Shown in pieces: positions 63,590-64,000 of a stretch of 64,000 nt of DNA (position 1 is its first letter; the number at the start of each line of letters is the position of its first letter). The position numbers and the translations under genes are program-made. This DNA is from Ostrea edulis. Taxonomy: Eukaryota. The DNA lies in contig NC_079165.1 in the NCBI RefSeq assembly GCF_947568905.1, positions 31,310,001-31,374,000 on the forward strand, in the 5' to 3' direction. A model generated the notes under the pieces. It was not told where the DNA came from. It ran no database searches and saw only the letters and a program-made list of their open reading frames with translations.

Positions 63590-64000
63590 GTTAATTTTTC
63601 TGTCTGTAAATTAGGGATCACAGGGACTAAAATCGCATATGAAAGGTTTATTGCAAATATACAACAAGGCTTCCGTGTTAGCACCATAGCGCGTGATGAC
63701 CGCATTTGATTTTTCCTGAGGCTGTTGGTCCACATGCGAGGGGTTACTGCAGTACCTTTCAAGATAAATAACCAGAATTTCCTTATACATATGTCTTCTT
63801 GAAACTGTGGAAATACCAATCACAGTGAGAGACAATATCTGATAAAGTTCAAGGTCATATCATTGGTCAAGGGCACGACAGGTCACTTGTGATAGCTCAA
63901 ATTTCGTTGTACATTGCACCCCGTTAATTTTAATCTTAGCTTGAGTTTTTAATTCTGGACACGCGGTGGAGGGGGCACCTTCTTCCGAAACATTGACCTT

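Overview
AT-rich, repeat-dense eukaryotic genomic DNA with GT-AG introns. The repeat families suggest a bivalve mollusc, probably an oyster (inference). One assembly gap lies at 7986-8142. There are four host genes: (1) a multi-exon type-I receptor with 4 Ig-like domains, FN3, a TM helix and a tyrosine-motif tail (18145-32608, +); (2) an intronless GT61 glycosyltransferase resembling plant beta-1,2-xylosyltransferase (40193-41722, -); (3) MRPL24 (49643-55523, +); (4) the first exons of a probable pentameric ligand-gated ion channel-like gene (63104-63589, +). The rest is mostly mobile DNA: a decayed Ty3/Gypsy element, LINE fragments, about a dozen Penelope-like (Naiad/Chlamys-type) RT fragments, Meta- and V-type SINEs, a MULE transposase relic and many nested MITEs. 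The most notable signal is a ~351-358 bp tandem repeat at three loci (7115-7438 +, 15037-15602 -, 16651-17211 -). It carries a type-I hammerhead ribozyme with a palindromic stem III, so it is a non-LTR retrozyme. All three insertions end exactly 35 nt downstream of the predicted cleavage site, which fits reverse transcription of a circular RNA. All calls were made by eye, with no database searches or folding software.
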